From NCBI GenBank assembly GCA_050309605.1, contig JBNRMN010000001.1, positions 1 to 64,000 of the forward strand: 64,000 nt of DNA. The letters run 5' to 3'. Positions 20,401 to 29,089 of this stretch are shown here, piece by piece. How positions within the stretch are numbered: position 1 is the stretch's first letter; each line of letters begins with the position of its first letter. Under the pieces are notes generated by a model. The model did not search any database. It had not been told where the DNA came from and saw only the letters and a program-made list of their open reading frames with translations. The DNA is from Anaerohalosphaeraceae bacterium (GTDB lineage Bacteria > Planctomycetota > Phycisphaerae > Sedimentisphaerales > Anaerohalosphaeraceae). The position numbers and the translations under genes were made by a program.

Positions 20401-20679
20401 TGAGGACGCCAAATGCGACTTGGTCGGTATGGAACTGAACTCGTCACCGGAGCGATGAACCGCCTCGGCCGTGCTGCGCAGGTAGTCTGAAAACAGCCCG
20501 ATCAGATCCTCGTAATGCCGCTGCCCGCCCCGGGCCAGTTGGAGCAGACTGTCCTGCGAACGCTGGGTCAGTTTGGCTTCGAACTGTCGGATGTTGATTT
20601 GTCCGAGCAGCAGCAAATAGCCAAGCACACCAAGGCACACTAACCCAACCCAAATTGTTCTGCCGGGGCGAAGTCTCAT
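17401..20679 (-). CDS. Membrane hybrid sensor protein: periplasmic domain, PAS-like domains, degenerate kinase core, REC, HPt
   Basis: Two TM helices; REC ILIVDD…LMDIQMPGMNG…MTA…KP; HPt HALKGLGG; no recognisable H-box or N-box; AAAGGA RBS before ATG 20679. Confidence 0.85.
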   Translation of the reverse strand: MRLRPGRTIWVGLVCLGVLGYLLLLGQINIRQFEAKLTQRSQDSLLQLARGGQRHYEDLIGLFSDYLRSTAEAVHRSGDEFSSIPTKSHLASSLLDSAVLSFDRLDPQGNVTAHFGRPSADLPLYQPPTAIYGQDGAALDSVYLEMDTRSEPPCLILFYPLSEGTTLTGALALRLSADDLLSRLNTTAAAQDMQTCLVSGRGDVLTARYDRNEAQPAQTLPPHMQGPFLFADIRQRCGGVGILRSDSGNAAANAHYLVGQWPLEGFDAPWSIAVIQSDRTIKKAVAEHARGIQLGMVCLFLAVFLIWLLYYRSARRRIVLEQQTALGQATQELHHVSEQSRQNQQQLERQITLYRAILNAVPMGLYWKDSEGRLIGYNSEYAHIAGCKPMNNGAVPIRTEMFEQQQEGLPLDMEVMNKDIELLFLPQTYGKSNYYRNYLVSKIPVKDKSGQVFGLLGSLLNEDLLKTAKQRSFCTSLRSRCVTESLPTSAMLINRQGYMLHANTAFWNQFGMEPPPDVRKVADLLDLKPPDMFEQTMQRFAETTGDHAQGFYLRRGGDCFWTTAQPIYENGKLSGMLALLTDVSRVKQSEEYLEHLLYRHRRLLGDLRRQLDELTQTAQNATPENTAQIKALKFKIDAWREKFACFDSVPEEPTDVSHQPPEPIDTAELVETLRRQIVRRDETADEQMNITIGKLCPDRFEGPRQRLTEILTVLLDLAVRSATDQTVSMQIEYAPTDTCKNNIQFTLQHAGLLPPGVTTVGPFDPDCPLPKWYENCPSRDQVLGLRIAARLLRQIGSTLQVEQHSARTCYRFDLPVEPVLCDTDASPDAPAHSPQSIDNQENTTMQENDRIVDSEREDVSARILIVDDVPENLALLEIILSRLGYTPVLCADGREAVSLCRQNVFDLILMDIQMPGMNGLDATRHIRADSLNTGTTIIAMTASDQQDDELAALEAGCDDRLNKPINRRLLEQKVRRCVAKKQQIQDAEKGLEITSFLDGDPDYHKTIETFVSNLPGRIEQMRDALDKNDFDELAEKIHALKGLGGFAGFAVYTEKAARLEESIRQRDIDKIQAQIDEMVQMCMRTKIKTDTK

Positions 20680-20989
20680 CGTTCCTTTACGATTCGATAG
20701 ATTGTTGACGCAACCAGCCGCGTCCGGACTCATTTCGACTGTTCAGACCGGCGGCTTAACAAGTGAATCAGGAGGACATCAATAAATAATTCGCCTTCAG
20801 CTAAAATAAAGATGTTTATTGGTTACAAAGGCAGGAATCTTTTTTCGAATCTCAAACAAACTCGCCCCGTTCAAAATGCCGATAAGCAAACATAAGGATT
20901 GGACAAATGTCTGTTGACCGGTAAAATAGATCAATCTGACAGCGAATTTTTATAGTAGAGTCGTATTATATGTTGCGGAAAGGAACTTT

Positions 20990-22075
20990 ATGATCTTATT
21001 ATACTTTATCCGGTTTCTGTTTTTTGTTACGGCCACCGCGTTTCTTTTTGTCGGCCTGCATGAAACCGCCCGCACCCAGCAGGATATTTATGTCTTCGTG
21101 ATGGGATTATCGCTGACGGTACTGGCGATCGTTGTGGAGTGGCTGACGCCCAAAAAATCGCTGTCGGCGCTGACGGGCGTTTTTTTCGGACTGCTGATCG
21201 GAATGTTCGTCAGTTGGGGGTTGAGCAAGATCATCCAGATGGTCAATGTGATTTATTTTGAGCTGGATGAGAAGACTCTGAATATGGCGATATGGTTTGT
21301 CGGAACATGTGTCTGTTACCTGTGTATCAGTATTGTCCTGCGAACCAAGGACGATTTTCGCACGATTATCCCCTACATCGAGTTTTCGCGGCAAACCAAA
21401 GGGCTTCGTCCGCTGGTGCTGGATACGTCCGTGATTATTGACGGGCGGATTGCCGATATTGCCCAAACCCGATTGTTTGACGCCCCGCTGATCGTGCCGC
21501 GTTTTGTACTGAACGAATTGCAGCTTGTGGCCGATTCGAGCGACAAAATCAAACGCAATCGCGGACGCCGCGGCTTGGACATCCTCAATAAACTCCAGAG
21601 CAGCTCAACCGTGGAAGTCAAGATCGACGATACGCCGCCGCCCGGCGTCGAAGCGAATACCGAGGTGGATCAGAAACTGATCGCCTTTGCCAAAAACTGC
21701 GACGGACGACTGGTTACCAATGATTTTAATCTCAACAAGGTCGCTTCGCTCCGCGGCGTGGACGTGATCAACATCAATGAACTGGCCAACGCCCTCAAGA
21801 CCGTAACGCTGCCCGGTGAGACGATGCAGGTCAAGATACTGCGCCCCGGTGAGGAACCGACCCAGGGCGTCGGCTACCTTGAGGACGGGACGATGGTCGT
21901 CGTCGAGAACGCCAGCGACCGCATCGGCCAGAACGTGACCTTTGTCGTTACCAGTGCCCTGCAAACCTCGGCCGGACGCATGATTTTCGGCAAATGCGAA
22001 AACGGCGCCGAGTCGAGCCTTCAGACCGCCGGTTCCGGACAGCGCAACAACTCACGACGACAACCCATGCGGTAA
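20990..22075 (+). CDS. PIN/TRAM domain membrane protein (YacL-like)
   Basis: N-terminal TM helices; LDTSVIIDGRI, RGRRGLDIL, TNDFNLNKVA, QGVGYLEDGTMVVVE, LQTSAGRMIF. Confidence 0.93.
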   Translation: MILLYFIRFLFFVTATAFLFVGLHETARTQQDIYVFVMGLSLTVLAIVVEWLTPKKSLSALTGVFFGLLIGMFVSWGLSKIIQMVNVIYFELDEKTLNMAIWFVGTCVCYLCISIVLRTKDDFRTIIPYIEFSRQTKGLRPLVLDTSVIIDGRIADIAQTRLFDAPLIVPRFVLNELQLVADSSDKIKRNRGRRGLDILNKLQSSSTVEVKIDDTPPPGVEANTEVDQKLIAFAKNCDGRLVTNDFNLNKVASLRGVDVININELANALKTVTLPGETMQVKILRPGEEPTQGVGYLEDGTMVVVENASDRIGQNVTFVVTSALQTSAGRMIFGKCENGAESSLQTAGSGQRNNSRRQPMR

Positions 22076-22092
22076 TATCGACAGCGGATGTC

Positions 22093-23253
22093 ATGGACAA
22101 GTGCAGGACGAAAACAGCATGGTTTGATACGTGTCCGGTTCGCACGGATACCGACAGCTTGAAGTGGTCGCGCTATCGCGGTCGGGATGTGCTGCCGATG
22201 TGGGTGGCGGATATGGATTTCCGCTGTGCCGAGCCGATCCTTGAGGCGATTCGTCAGCGCGTGGAACACGCGGTGTTCGGCTATGCCATGGCTCGTCCGG
22301 ATGACTATGAAGCGGTCATCGAGTGGGTGGGCAGTCAGCATGAGTGGGCGATTCGCCGCGAATGGATCGTCTGGCTTCCCGGTCTGGTGCCGGCGCTGAA
22401 TGTGGCCTGTCGGGCGTTTGCCGAGCCGGGCGAAGGGGTGTTGACGTTTACGCCGGTCTATCCGCCGTTCCTGAGCGCTCCGTTTTTTTCCGGTCGTGAA
22501 CGTGTTAAATGCCCGCTGCAACAGGAGCGGGGGCGGTGGGAATTTGATTTAGACGCCCTGGCCGAGGCGGTTACGCCCCAGACGCGGCTTTTGCTGTTGT
22601 GCTCGCCGCACAATCCCGTCGGACGGGTCTGGACGCGACAGGAATTGCTGCACGTGGCGCAATTTTGTCTGGAGCGCGACATTGTCATATGTTCGGACGA
22701 GATCCATTGTGATCTGGTGTTGGATGAGCCATGCCGACACCACCCAACCGCCGCATTGTCGGATGAGATTGCCGAGCGGACGATTACGCTGATGTCGCCG
22801 GCCAAGACGTTTAATCTGCCGGGACTGAACTGCGGATTTGCGATTATCCCGAACGCCGCACTGCGACGGCGTTTTACGCACACCATGCGTGGAATTCTGC
22901 CGCACGTCAATGTTCTGGGGTATGCGGCCTGCCGAGCGGCTTTTTCACAGGGTCGCCCCTGGCATCGGGAACTGATCGATTATCTGCGCGGCAACCGCGA
23001 TTATGTGTACCAAGCCGTCAACGCTGTGCCCGGTCTGTCGATGGGGCCGGTTGAAGGGACCTATTTGGCCTGGATTGACGCAGCGGGGCTGCACACCGAC
23101 GACCCGGCCAAATGGTTCGAGCAGGCCGGGGTCGGCGTTTCGGACGGCAGAGATTTTGACGGCGACGGCTTTGTGCGGTTGAACTTCGGCTGTCCCCGAC
23201 CCCTGCTTGAACAGGCCGTTGAACGCATCCAAACCGCTTTAACATCGCACTAA
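22093..23253 (+). CDS. PatB/MalY-family PLP-dependent C-S lyase
   Basis: LPMWVADMDF, CSPHNPVGRVW, SDEIHCD, SPAKTFN, GTYLAW, RLNFGCP. Confidence 0.92.
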   Translation: MDKCRTKTAWFDTCPVRTDTDSLKWSRYRGRDVLPMWVADMDFRCAEPILEAIRQRVEHAVFGYAMARPDDYEAVIEWVGSQHEWAIRREWIVWLPGLVPALNVACRAFAEPGEGVLTFTPVYPPFLSAPFFSGRERVKCPLQQERGRWEFDLDALAEAVTPQTRLLLLCSPHNPVGRVWTRQELLHVAQFCLERDIVICSDEIHCDLVLDEPCRHHPTAALSDEIAERTITLMSPAKTFNLPGLNCGFAIIPNAALRRRFTHTMRGILPHVNVLGYAACRAAFSQGRPWHRELIDYLRGNRDYVYQAVNAVPGLSMGPVEGTYLAWIDAAGLHTDDPAKWFEQAGVGVSDGRDFDGDGFVRLNFGCPRPLLEQAVERIQTALTSH

Positions 23254-23257
23254 GTTT

Positions 23258-23725
23258 ATGGAATCGCACAAACAACAACGTTACGAACGGATTATCGCCC
23301 AGCTTGAACAGGTCTTTACGGTTACGCCCGATCCGATTGCGCGGATGGCCACCGCCGCGGCGCTGCTGTCGGGCAAGATGCCGCAGTTCTTCTGGATCGG
23401 CTTTTATCGTTTGATTAACGGACAGCTTCTGGTCGGTCCGTATCAGGGGGCGCTGGCCTGTCAAAATCTGCCGCCGGGCAAAGGCGTCTGCCGGGCGTGC
23501 ATTGAGCAGGGCAAATCCATTGTAGTACCGGATGTCAATCAGTTTCCCGGCCATATCGCCTGCGACGCCCGCAGCCGATCCGAGGTGGTGGTGCCGTGTC
23601 GCGACAGCCAGGGCCGCATTCGAGCCGTGCTCGATGCCGACAGCGACAAACTGAACACCTTCGACGCCGCCGATGCCGCGTGTCTGGAGCGAATCGCCGC
23701 GATGATCTATCGCGATGCACCATGA
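23258..23725 (+). CDS. msrC: GAF-domain free methionine-(R)-sulfoxide reductase
   Basis: FWIGFY, GPYQGALAC, GKGVC, FPGHIACDARSRSEVVVP, LDADS. Confidence 0.88.
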   Translation: MESHKQQRYERIIAQLEQVFTVTPDPIARMATAAALLSGKMPQFFWIGFYRLINGQLLVGPYQGALACQNLPPGKGVCRACIEQGKSIVVPDVNQFPGHIACDARSRSEVVVPCRDSQGRIRAVLDADSDKLNTFDAADAACLERIAAMIYRDAP

Positions 23726-25209
23726 CCGGCCGCCGCTTTTTGGAGCCGATCGTTGATGGCTTTGCCCAGCCCCTCATCCGGGGCCGGCTGCGCCACAATG
23801 CGGCTTAATCCCAACCCGTCAAGCCGACGCATCGCGTAGTAGAGATTAACCGCCGCCTGCCGCAGGTCGCCATCGGACGTCAGCACTTCGAAAGGCCCCT
23901 GAACCGTATCATCAAGCGGTTCAAACAGCAATTTGCCGATGTCTGTGCGGCCGACAAACGGTTGGATATCATCGGTGATTGTCAGCGGTGTTCGGGGGGC
24001 GTAATGACTGGTGAGCATCCCCGGACTGCTGGCCGTGCCGCCGACATAGGCGGCTGTGTCCACTGCCGAGCCGATAAGCGATTCAATCTGTTCTTTCGTT
24101 ACTCCGCCGTGCCGCAGGATCGTCGGCACATCGCCCGCCAGGGACAGTACCGTCGATTCGATGCCGATGCGGCAGCTTCCCCCGTCAATCAGTGCATCGA
24201 AACCGCCGCCCAGTTGCTCGCGCACGTGTTCGGCGGTGGTGGGGCTGGTGCGACCAAACAGATTGGCACTGGGAGCCGCTACCGGCGTTTCTGCCAGGCG
24301 AATCATCGCTTCGGCCAGCGGATGCGAGGGCATTCGCACCGCCAACGTCGGATTGCCGGCGGTGACAATATCCGGCACACTGTCGGCTTTGGGCAGTACC
24401 AGCGTCAGCGGTCCCGGCCAGCAGCGTTCCATCAGCAGCCGTGCCGCAGGGGGGATGGAACGCGCCAGGCGTTCGATCTGTTCGACGGAACTGATATGGA
24501 CAATGAACGGATCGTGCAGCGGACGCTGTTTGACCTCAAAGATCCGCGCCGCCGCCCGGGCATTAAACACGTCGGCGCCGAGGCCATATACCGTCTCTGT
24601 GGGGAACACCGCCAGCTTGCCGTCCCGCAGGGCCTGGGCGGCCTGCTCAACCGACTGCCGGATATCAGCCGCTGGGTCCGGATGGGCCAGTATCCATTGT
24701 CCGGCCTGGGCAAGGGTGTGGAACACCAGCCGCTCGGCAGGCAACTGATCCAGATGACGCAGGCCGTGACCGGTCAGCACATACAATCCAAACGCGCCGA
24801 CCGAATCGCCGGTGGCCGGGTCGTGCGGATGGTCGCCGATGACAAATGACCGGCTCAAATTGATGTCATACTGATCGGCGGCCTGAAGCAGAAAGGTGGG
24901 GTTGGGTTTGATGCATTGACACTCATCGCGCCGGTCATGAGGACAGACATACCAGTCTTGAATGGTTACACCACCGCGGCTAAGCAGGTCATCCAGGGCC
25001 GCATTCACCCTGTCCACCTGGGCGCGACTGACCTGGCCTTTGGCGATGCCGTTCTGATTGGTTACGACAAACAGCAGGTAGCGTTGTCCCAGAAGACGCA
25101 GCGTCGGCAGGGTATCGGCAAACAGACGAATCTGTGACGGGTCGCTCAGCACGCCGACATCCTCTATCAGCGTACCGTCGCGGTCCAGAAAAATGGCGGG
25201 TTGCGACAT
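23707..25209 (-). CDS. Fusion of GmhB-like HAD-IIIA phosphatase with Sua5-type threonylcarbamoyl-AMP synthase
   Basis: N-terminal FLDRDGTL, VTNQNG, CPH…C.C.KP, IGD; C-terminal FPTETVYGLGA, WPGPLT, PSANLFGRTSPT, SPGMLTSHYAP, AINDRLQKA. Confidence 0.92.
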   Translation of the reverse strand: MSQPAIFLDRDGTLIEDVGVLSDPSQIRLFADTLPTLRLLGQRYLLFVVTNQNGIAKGQVSRAQVDRVNAALDDLLSRGGVTIQDWYVCPHDRRDECQCIKPNPTFLLQAADQYDINLSRSFVIGDHPHDPATGDSVGAFGLYVLTGHGLRHLDQLPAERLVFHTLAQAGQWILAHPDPAADIRQSVEQAAQALRDGKLAVFPTETVYGLGADVFNARAAARIFEVKQRPLHDPFIVHISSVEQIERLARSIPPAARLLMERCWPGPLTLVLPKADSVPDIVTAGNPTLAVRMPSHPLAEAMIRLAETPVAAPSANLFGRTSPTTAEHVREQLGGGFDALIDGGSCRIGIESTVLSLAGDVPTILRHGGVTKEQIESLIGSAVDTAAYVGGTASSPGMLTSHYAPRTPLTITDDIQPFVGRTDIGKLLFEPLDDTVQGPFEVLTSDGDLRQAAVNLYYAMRRLDGLGLSRIVAQPAPDEGLGKAINDRLQKAAAGHGASR

Positions 25210-25242
25210 CTCGTGGTCCTGTCAAAGGAAAATGAACACGAC

Positions 25243-26130
25243 TTATCTTCTCTTAAGCATATGTTCCGCCGACAGGACGGTGTTGTACAGCAGCATCGTA
25301 ATCGTCATCGGGCCGACGCCGCCGGGCACGGGCGTGATCAGGCTCGCTTTTTGGCTGACGGCCTCAAAGTCCACGTCGCCGACCAGTCGATAGCCTTTCT
25401 TTTTGGTTGCGTCCTCAACCCGATTGACGCCGACGTCAATGATCACCGCACCGTCTTTGACCATCTCGGCGGTAATCGTGTTCGGACGGCCTGCGGCGGC
25501 GATGACGATATCCGCCCGGCGGGTGTGTTCGGCGATGTGTTTCGTGCGGGTATGGCAAACGGTGACCGTGGCATTGCCGGTGGTGCTTTTCTGGATGAGC
25601 ATATTGGCCAGCGGTTTGCCGACGATGTTGCTGCGTCCGACAATGACAACCTCAGCGCCGGACAGCTCCACACCGCTTCGCAGCAGCAGTTGAATCACGC
25701 CGTGCGGGGTACACGGCAAAAAGGCCTCCTGGCCGACCACCATTCGCCCGACATTGACCGGATGAAATCCATCGACGTCTTTATTCGGATCAATCGCCAG
25801 CAGCACCGCATCTTCGTCAATGTGGGCAGGCAGAGGCAATTGTACAAGAATGCCGTGAATCGCCGGGTCGTTGTTGAATTTGTCAATCAGTTCCAGCAAC
25901 TCAGCCTGCGTCGTTTCGCTCGGCAGTCGGTTGTCGTCCGAGTGCATTCCGATGTCTGCGCAGGCCTTTTCTTTGGCGGTGACATACGAGCGGGAGGCCG
26001 GGTCGTCCCCGACCAGAATCACCGCCAGCCCCGGCGTGATGCCTTGGGCCTTAAGCCGTGCGACGCTGTCTTTCAGTTCCGCCCGCATTTCCGCGGCCAC
26101 CTGCTTGCCGTCAATGATTTTTGCCGTCAT
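25243..26130 (-). CDS. folD: Bifunctional methylenetetrahydrofolate dehydrogenase/cyclohydrolase
   Basis: [46 protein letters not shown]. Confidence 0.97.
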   Translation of the reverse strand: MTAKIIDGKQVAAEMRAELKDSVARLKAQGITPGLAVILVGDDPASRSYVTAKEKACADIGMHSDDNRLPSETTQAELLELIDKFNNDPAIHGILVQLPLPAHIDEDAVLLAIDPNKDVDGFHPVNVGRMVVGQEAFLPCTPHGVIQLLLRSGVELSGAEVVIVGRSNIVGKPLANMLIQKSTTGNATVTVCHTRTKHIAEHTRRADIVIAAAGRPNTITAEMVKDGAVIIDVGVNRVEDATKKKGYRLVGDVDFEAVSQKASLITPVPGGVGPMTITMLLYNTVLSAEHMLKRR

Positions 26131-26384
26131 GTCAGACCCCTGAGGTTCGTGTTTGCTGTTTGCGACAGGACGGATTATATCGCATGTGTCGAAAAATTCA
26201 ACAAAAAGCCGCCGCCAGGCTTGATGTATCGTGTTGTTTTTTGATACGATCCTGCCCGGCCGCGGTCTTTGGACAAGCCTTGACGGTCCAGTCGGATTGT
26301 AACCGTTCACTGGTTTTTTCAGTTCGACCCATTCGTTTAGGAAAGTAAATGACCGTCCGCCCCTTCGGGGCGACATCAGCGCGG

Positions 26385-26510
26385 ACACCAGCGCGCACAA
26401 CAGCGCGGCGCAATAGCGCGGCTCGGCTATTGTTACGTATCGCCATCCGGCTCACTGGCGCCGCTCGGCTGTTGTACGTGTCGCCATCCGGCTCACTTGT
26501 GCGGCTCAGG
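26385..26510 (+). repeat. REP/BIME-like repeat cluster (locus 1)
   Basis: Copies of ATCCGGCTCACT(T/G)G(C/T)GC(C/G)GCTC and CAA(C/T)AGCGCGGC shared with loci at 28.1 kb and 40.3 kb. Confidence 0.75.
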
Positions 26511-26613
26511 TCAAAAGGCCTTTCAGGCCGAAAAAGTAAACATTTTTGGCCTGCTCCTGAACACGGTGAACGCTTACGTCGGATTGATCCGGTGGCTGGA
26601 AAAGCCCGTTCCG

Positions 26614-27939
26614 TCACTGCTGGGTGCGGCGTGCGTTTTGGCTTTCGCGCATCACCTTTCGCTGCCGGGTCCAATCGGCTGCGTTCAGTTGGTCGGCGGC
26701 CTGGGCATTTTCTTCGCTGTATTCTTCCAGCGGCTTACTGCCCAGGCGGGCGGCGTTGGAACGCAGAAAGGCGCTGTTTTCGATCAGCACCTGCCGTGCT
26801 TGTTCAACGTGGCCTTCATCGCGCAGGGCGGTGGCGCGCTCGTTTTGTTCAATGGCGATCTGCTCGACGACATCTGCGGCGACCCGTTTGTTGAGGTGTT
26901 TTTCGACCTCAGCCGGTGATGCGCTAAATCGGACATCCGTTCCGATGCCTTCAAGGCGGACGGTTTTTTTGCTGTTCATATCCTGATAGCGAAGCCGCAC
27001 ATTGGCCAATTCGCCGTGTTCGACGGCGTTTTTGACGGCGGGTTTCATTTCCACCAGCACATATTTCTCGTGTTCGCTATAGACCGATCCGACATCGATC
27101 AGGATGCTGCGGCCTTGAATCTCGCCTTCGCGGCCGAGGATGCGAACGGGACGAAAGTTTTCGCCGCAGATGATTTCGATGCGGACATCCTGAGCCACGA
27201 CCGACAACGCACGATCGAACTCCCGCTCAAAGACCGAGGCCAATTCGTTCGGCGACTCGGCAAAGTAATGGCCGCCGTCGCTTTTGAAGGCCAGCAGGCT
27301 CATCAGGTCCTCGTTATAGCCCAGCCCCAGTCCGATAGTGGTGATCGACAGCCCCTTTGCCGCCAGTTGCGCTCCGAGCTGTCCCAGTGCCTTGGGCGAT
27401 TGCGGACCGACGTTGGCGTGTCCATCGCTGAGCAGAACGACGCGATTGACCCGGCCGGGCGACTGAAATTTTTCGACCTCATGCGCACCGGCCAGAACGC
27501 CCGCATAAAGGGCGGTTGTGCCGCCGGCCTCGATCTGTCGAATGGCGCGGATGATCTCGTTGCGGCGGGTCATTTTTGTGGCCGGCACGAGCGTTCGCAC
27601 GCTCGAATCAAAGACCACGACCGAGACGATGTCGTTTTCATTGAGCCGCCGCAGCGCCAGAATTGCCGCCTCGCGGGCGTGGTGAATCCGCTGACCCGAC
27701 ATTGAGCCGGATTTGTCAATCACCAGTGCCACATTGACCGGCGGCCGTTCTCTGAGTTTTTCCAGCGGACAACCGGTCAGCCCAATCCGCAGATACACCG
27801 GCTGCGACGACTCAGCCGATAGCACGGGTTTGTCCGGTTCGACGGACAGGGTAATGGTTTGCGCCTCCGCGGCGTCGCCGAAAGCGATAACCGCAAGACA
27901 CATCGTCGTCAGCCACAGGGTGTGAATGTGTGTGTTCAT
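26614..27939 (-). CDS. Secreted von Willebrand factor A domain protein (YfbK-like)
   Basis: Signal peptide; MIDAS DKSGSM, GGTTAL, LLSDGHANVG, IGLGLGYNE. Confidence 0.9.
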   Translation of the reverse strand: MNTHIHTLWLTTMCLAVIAFGDAAEAQTITLSVEPDKPVLSAESSQPVYLRIGLTGCPLEKLRERPPVNVALVIDKSGSMSGQRIHHAREAAILALRRLNENDIVSVVVFDSSVRTLVPATKMTRRNEIIRAIRQIEAGGTTALYAGVLAGAHEVEKFQSPGRVNRVVLLSDGHANVGPQSPKALGQLGAQLAAKGLSITTIGLGLGYNEDLMSLLAFKSDGGHYFAESPNELASVFEREFDRALSVVAQDVRIEIICGENFRPVRILGREGEIQGRSILIDVGSVYSEHEKYVLVEMKPAVKNAVEHGELANVRLRYQDMNSKKTVRLEGIGTDVRFSASPAEVEKHLNKRVAADVVEQIAIEQNERATALRDEGHVEQARQVLIENSAFLRSNAARLGSKPLEEYSEENAQAADQLNAADWTRQRKVMRESQNARRTQQ

Positions 27940-27981
27940 TGTCTGTCTCCTTTCGCAAAAAAGTTATCATGTCTTCATTAA

Positions 27982-28087
27982 ACTATACCCTAACAGGGCA
28001 GAAAGAGGGTGTAAAAGGTCTGTAAAATAGGCCCGTTCCGGTTTTACACAAAAGTTACAGTTGCCAAAGCCCTTTTGAGGGTATAAT
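27982..28087. promoter_or_regulatory. Divergent promoters with two oppositely oriented OmpR-type tandem boxes
   Basis: TGTAAAA-N4-TGTAAAA (28010-28027) and TTTTACA-N4-AGTTACA (28042-28059), both 11-bp period; -10 TATAGT (minus, 27982-27987) and TATAAT (plus, 28082-28087). Confidence 0.65.
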
Positions 28088-28118
28088 TTATAAGACAGAG
28101 ACACCGTTTCGGCACAAT

Positions 28119-28366
28119 GACGCGGCACAACAGCGCGGTACAACAGCGCGGCCGCGCAAGCGGCCCGATAGGCGATGCGGATACGCCAAACGCTTTTCGA
28201 GGCGTAGTATTATCCGGCTCACTTGCGCCGCTCGGCTGTTGTGCGACGACGCAAAGGCGCGGCGCAATAGCGCGGCCGCGCAAGCGGCCCGATAAGCGAT
28301 GTGGATAGATGGGGCGTATTTCCAAGACGCCAGATGATCCGGCTCACTTGCGCGGCTCGGCTGCTG
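28119..28366 (+). repeat. REP/BIME-like repeat cluster (locus 2)
   Basis: About two units of the element tandemly arrayed at 40317-40883. Confidence 0.8.
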
Positions 28367-28386
28367 TGCGTGGATAATGGGGTATT

Positions 28387-29082
28387 ATGAAAACAGGTCA
28401 ACACATTCTGGTCGTCGAAGATGAGCCGAAGATTCGGGACGGACTGCGGGACTTTCTCGAATTTCACGGATTTCTCGTCGAATGTGTCGATGACGGTCTG
28501 GCCGCCGAGCGGCGCGTCGCCGAGCATCGCTTTGATTTGATTTTGCTGGATTTGATGCTGCCTCATATCAGCGGCGAGCAGCTTTGTCTGAAATGGCGCC
28601 AGGCGGGCTTGCGAATGCCGATTTTGATGCTGACTGCCAAGGGTCAGGAAAAGGAAAAAATTGCCGGTCTGGATCTCGGCGCCGACGATTACATCACCAA
28701 ACCCTTTTCGCTGGAAGAGCTGCTGGCTCGTATTCGCGCCGTGCTGCGGCGCACCGACCCGAATCGTTCGGTCGGACAGACCTTTGCGTTCGGGCCGTTT
28801 ACCGTGGATATGGAGCGGTTGACCCTCCGGCACAATGACGGCACAGCCGCTCTGACCCGCCGACAAGCCATCATACTGCAACTGTTTGCCGCCCACCCCG
28901 GGCGTATCGTGACGCGGCAGGAACTTTATGAATCCGCCTGGAACGAGTCGCTGGAAGGCATCGAGACGCGCACGATCGATATGCACATTGCTCGTCTGCG
29001 CGATCTGCTTGAACAAGCCGGCGGTGAAACGGACTTGATCCAAACCATCCGCGGGGAAGGCTATCGATATGATGTCGGTTAA
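28387..29082 (+). CDS. OmpR-family response regulator
   Basis: ILVVEDE, LLDLMLP, GADDYITKPF, wHTH TRTIDMHIARLR…TIRGEGY. Confidence 0.95.
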   Translation: MKTGQHILVVEDEPKIRDGLRDFLEFHGFLVECVDDGLAAERRVAEHRFDLILLDLMLPHISGEQLCLKWRQAGLRMPILMLTAKGQEKEKIAGLDLGADDYITKPFSLEELLARIRAVLRRTDPNRSVGQTFAFGPFTVDMERLTLRHNDGTAALTRRQAIILQLFAAHPGRIVTRQELYESAWNESLEGIETRTIDMHIARLRDLLEQAGGETDLIQTIRGEGYRYDVG

Positions 29083-29089
29083 ATGACAG

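Noticed and set aside
18796..20403. Long antisense ORFs (also 8330-9604, 38885-40588, 25201-26244 and others)
   Set aside because: Shadows of well-supported genes on the opposite strand in GC-rich DNA; no recognisable motifs
20853..20885. sigma28-type promoter (GCCGATAA at 20878-20885)
   Set aside because: No properly spaced TAAA -35 element
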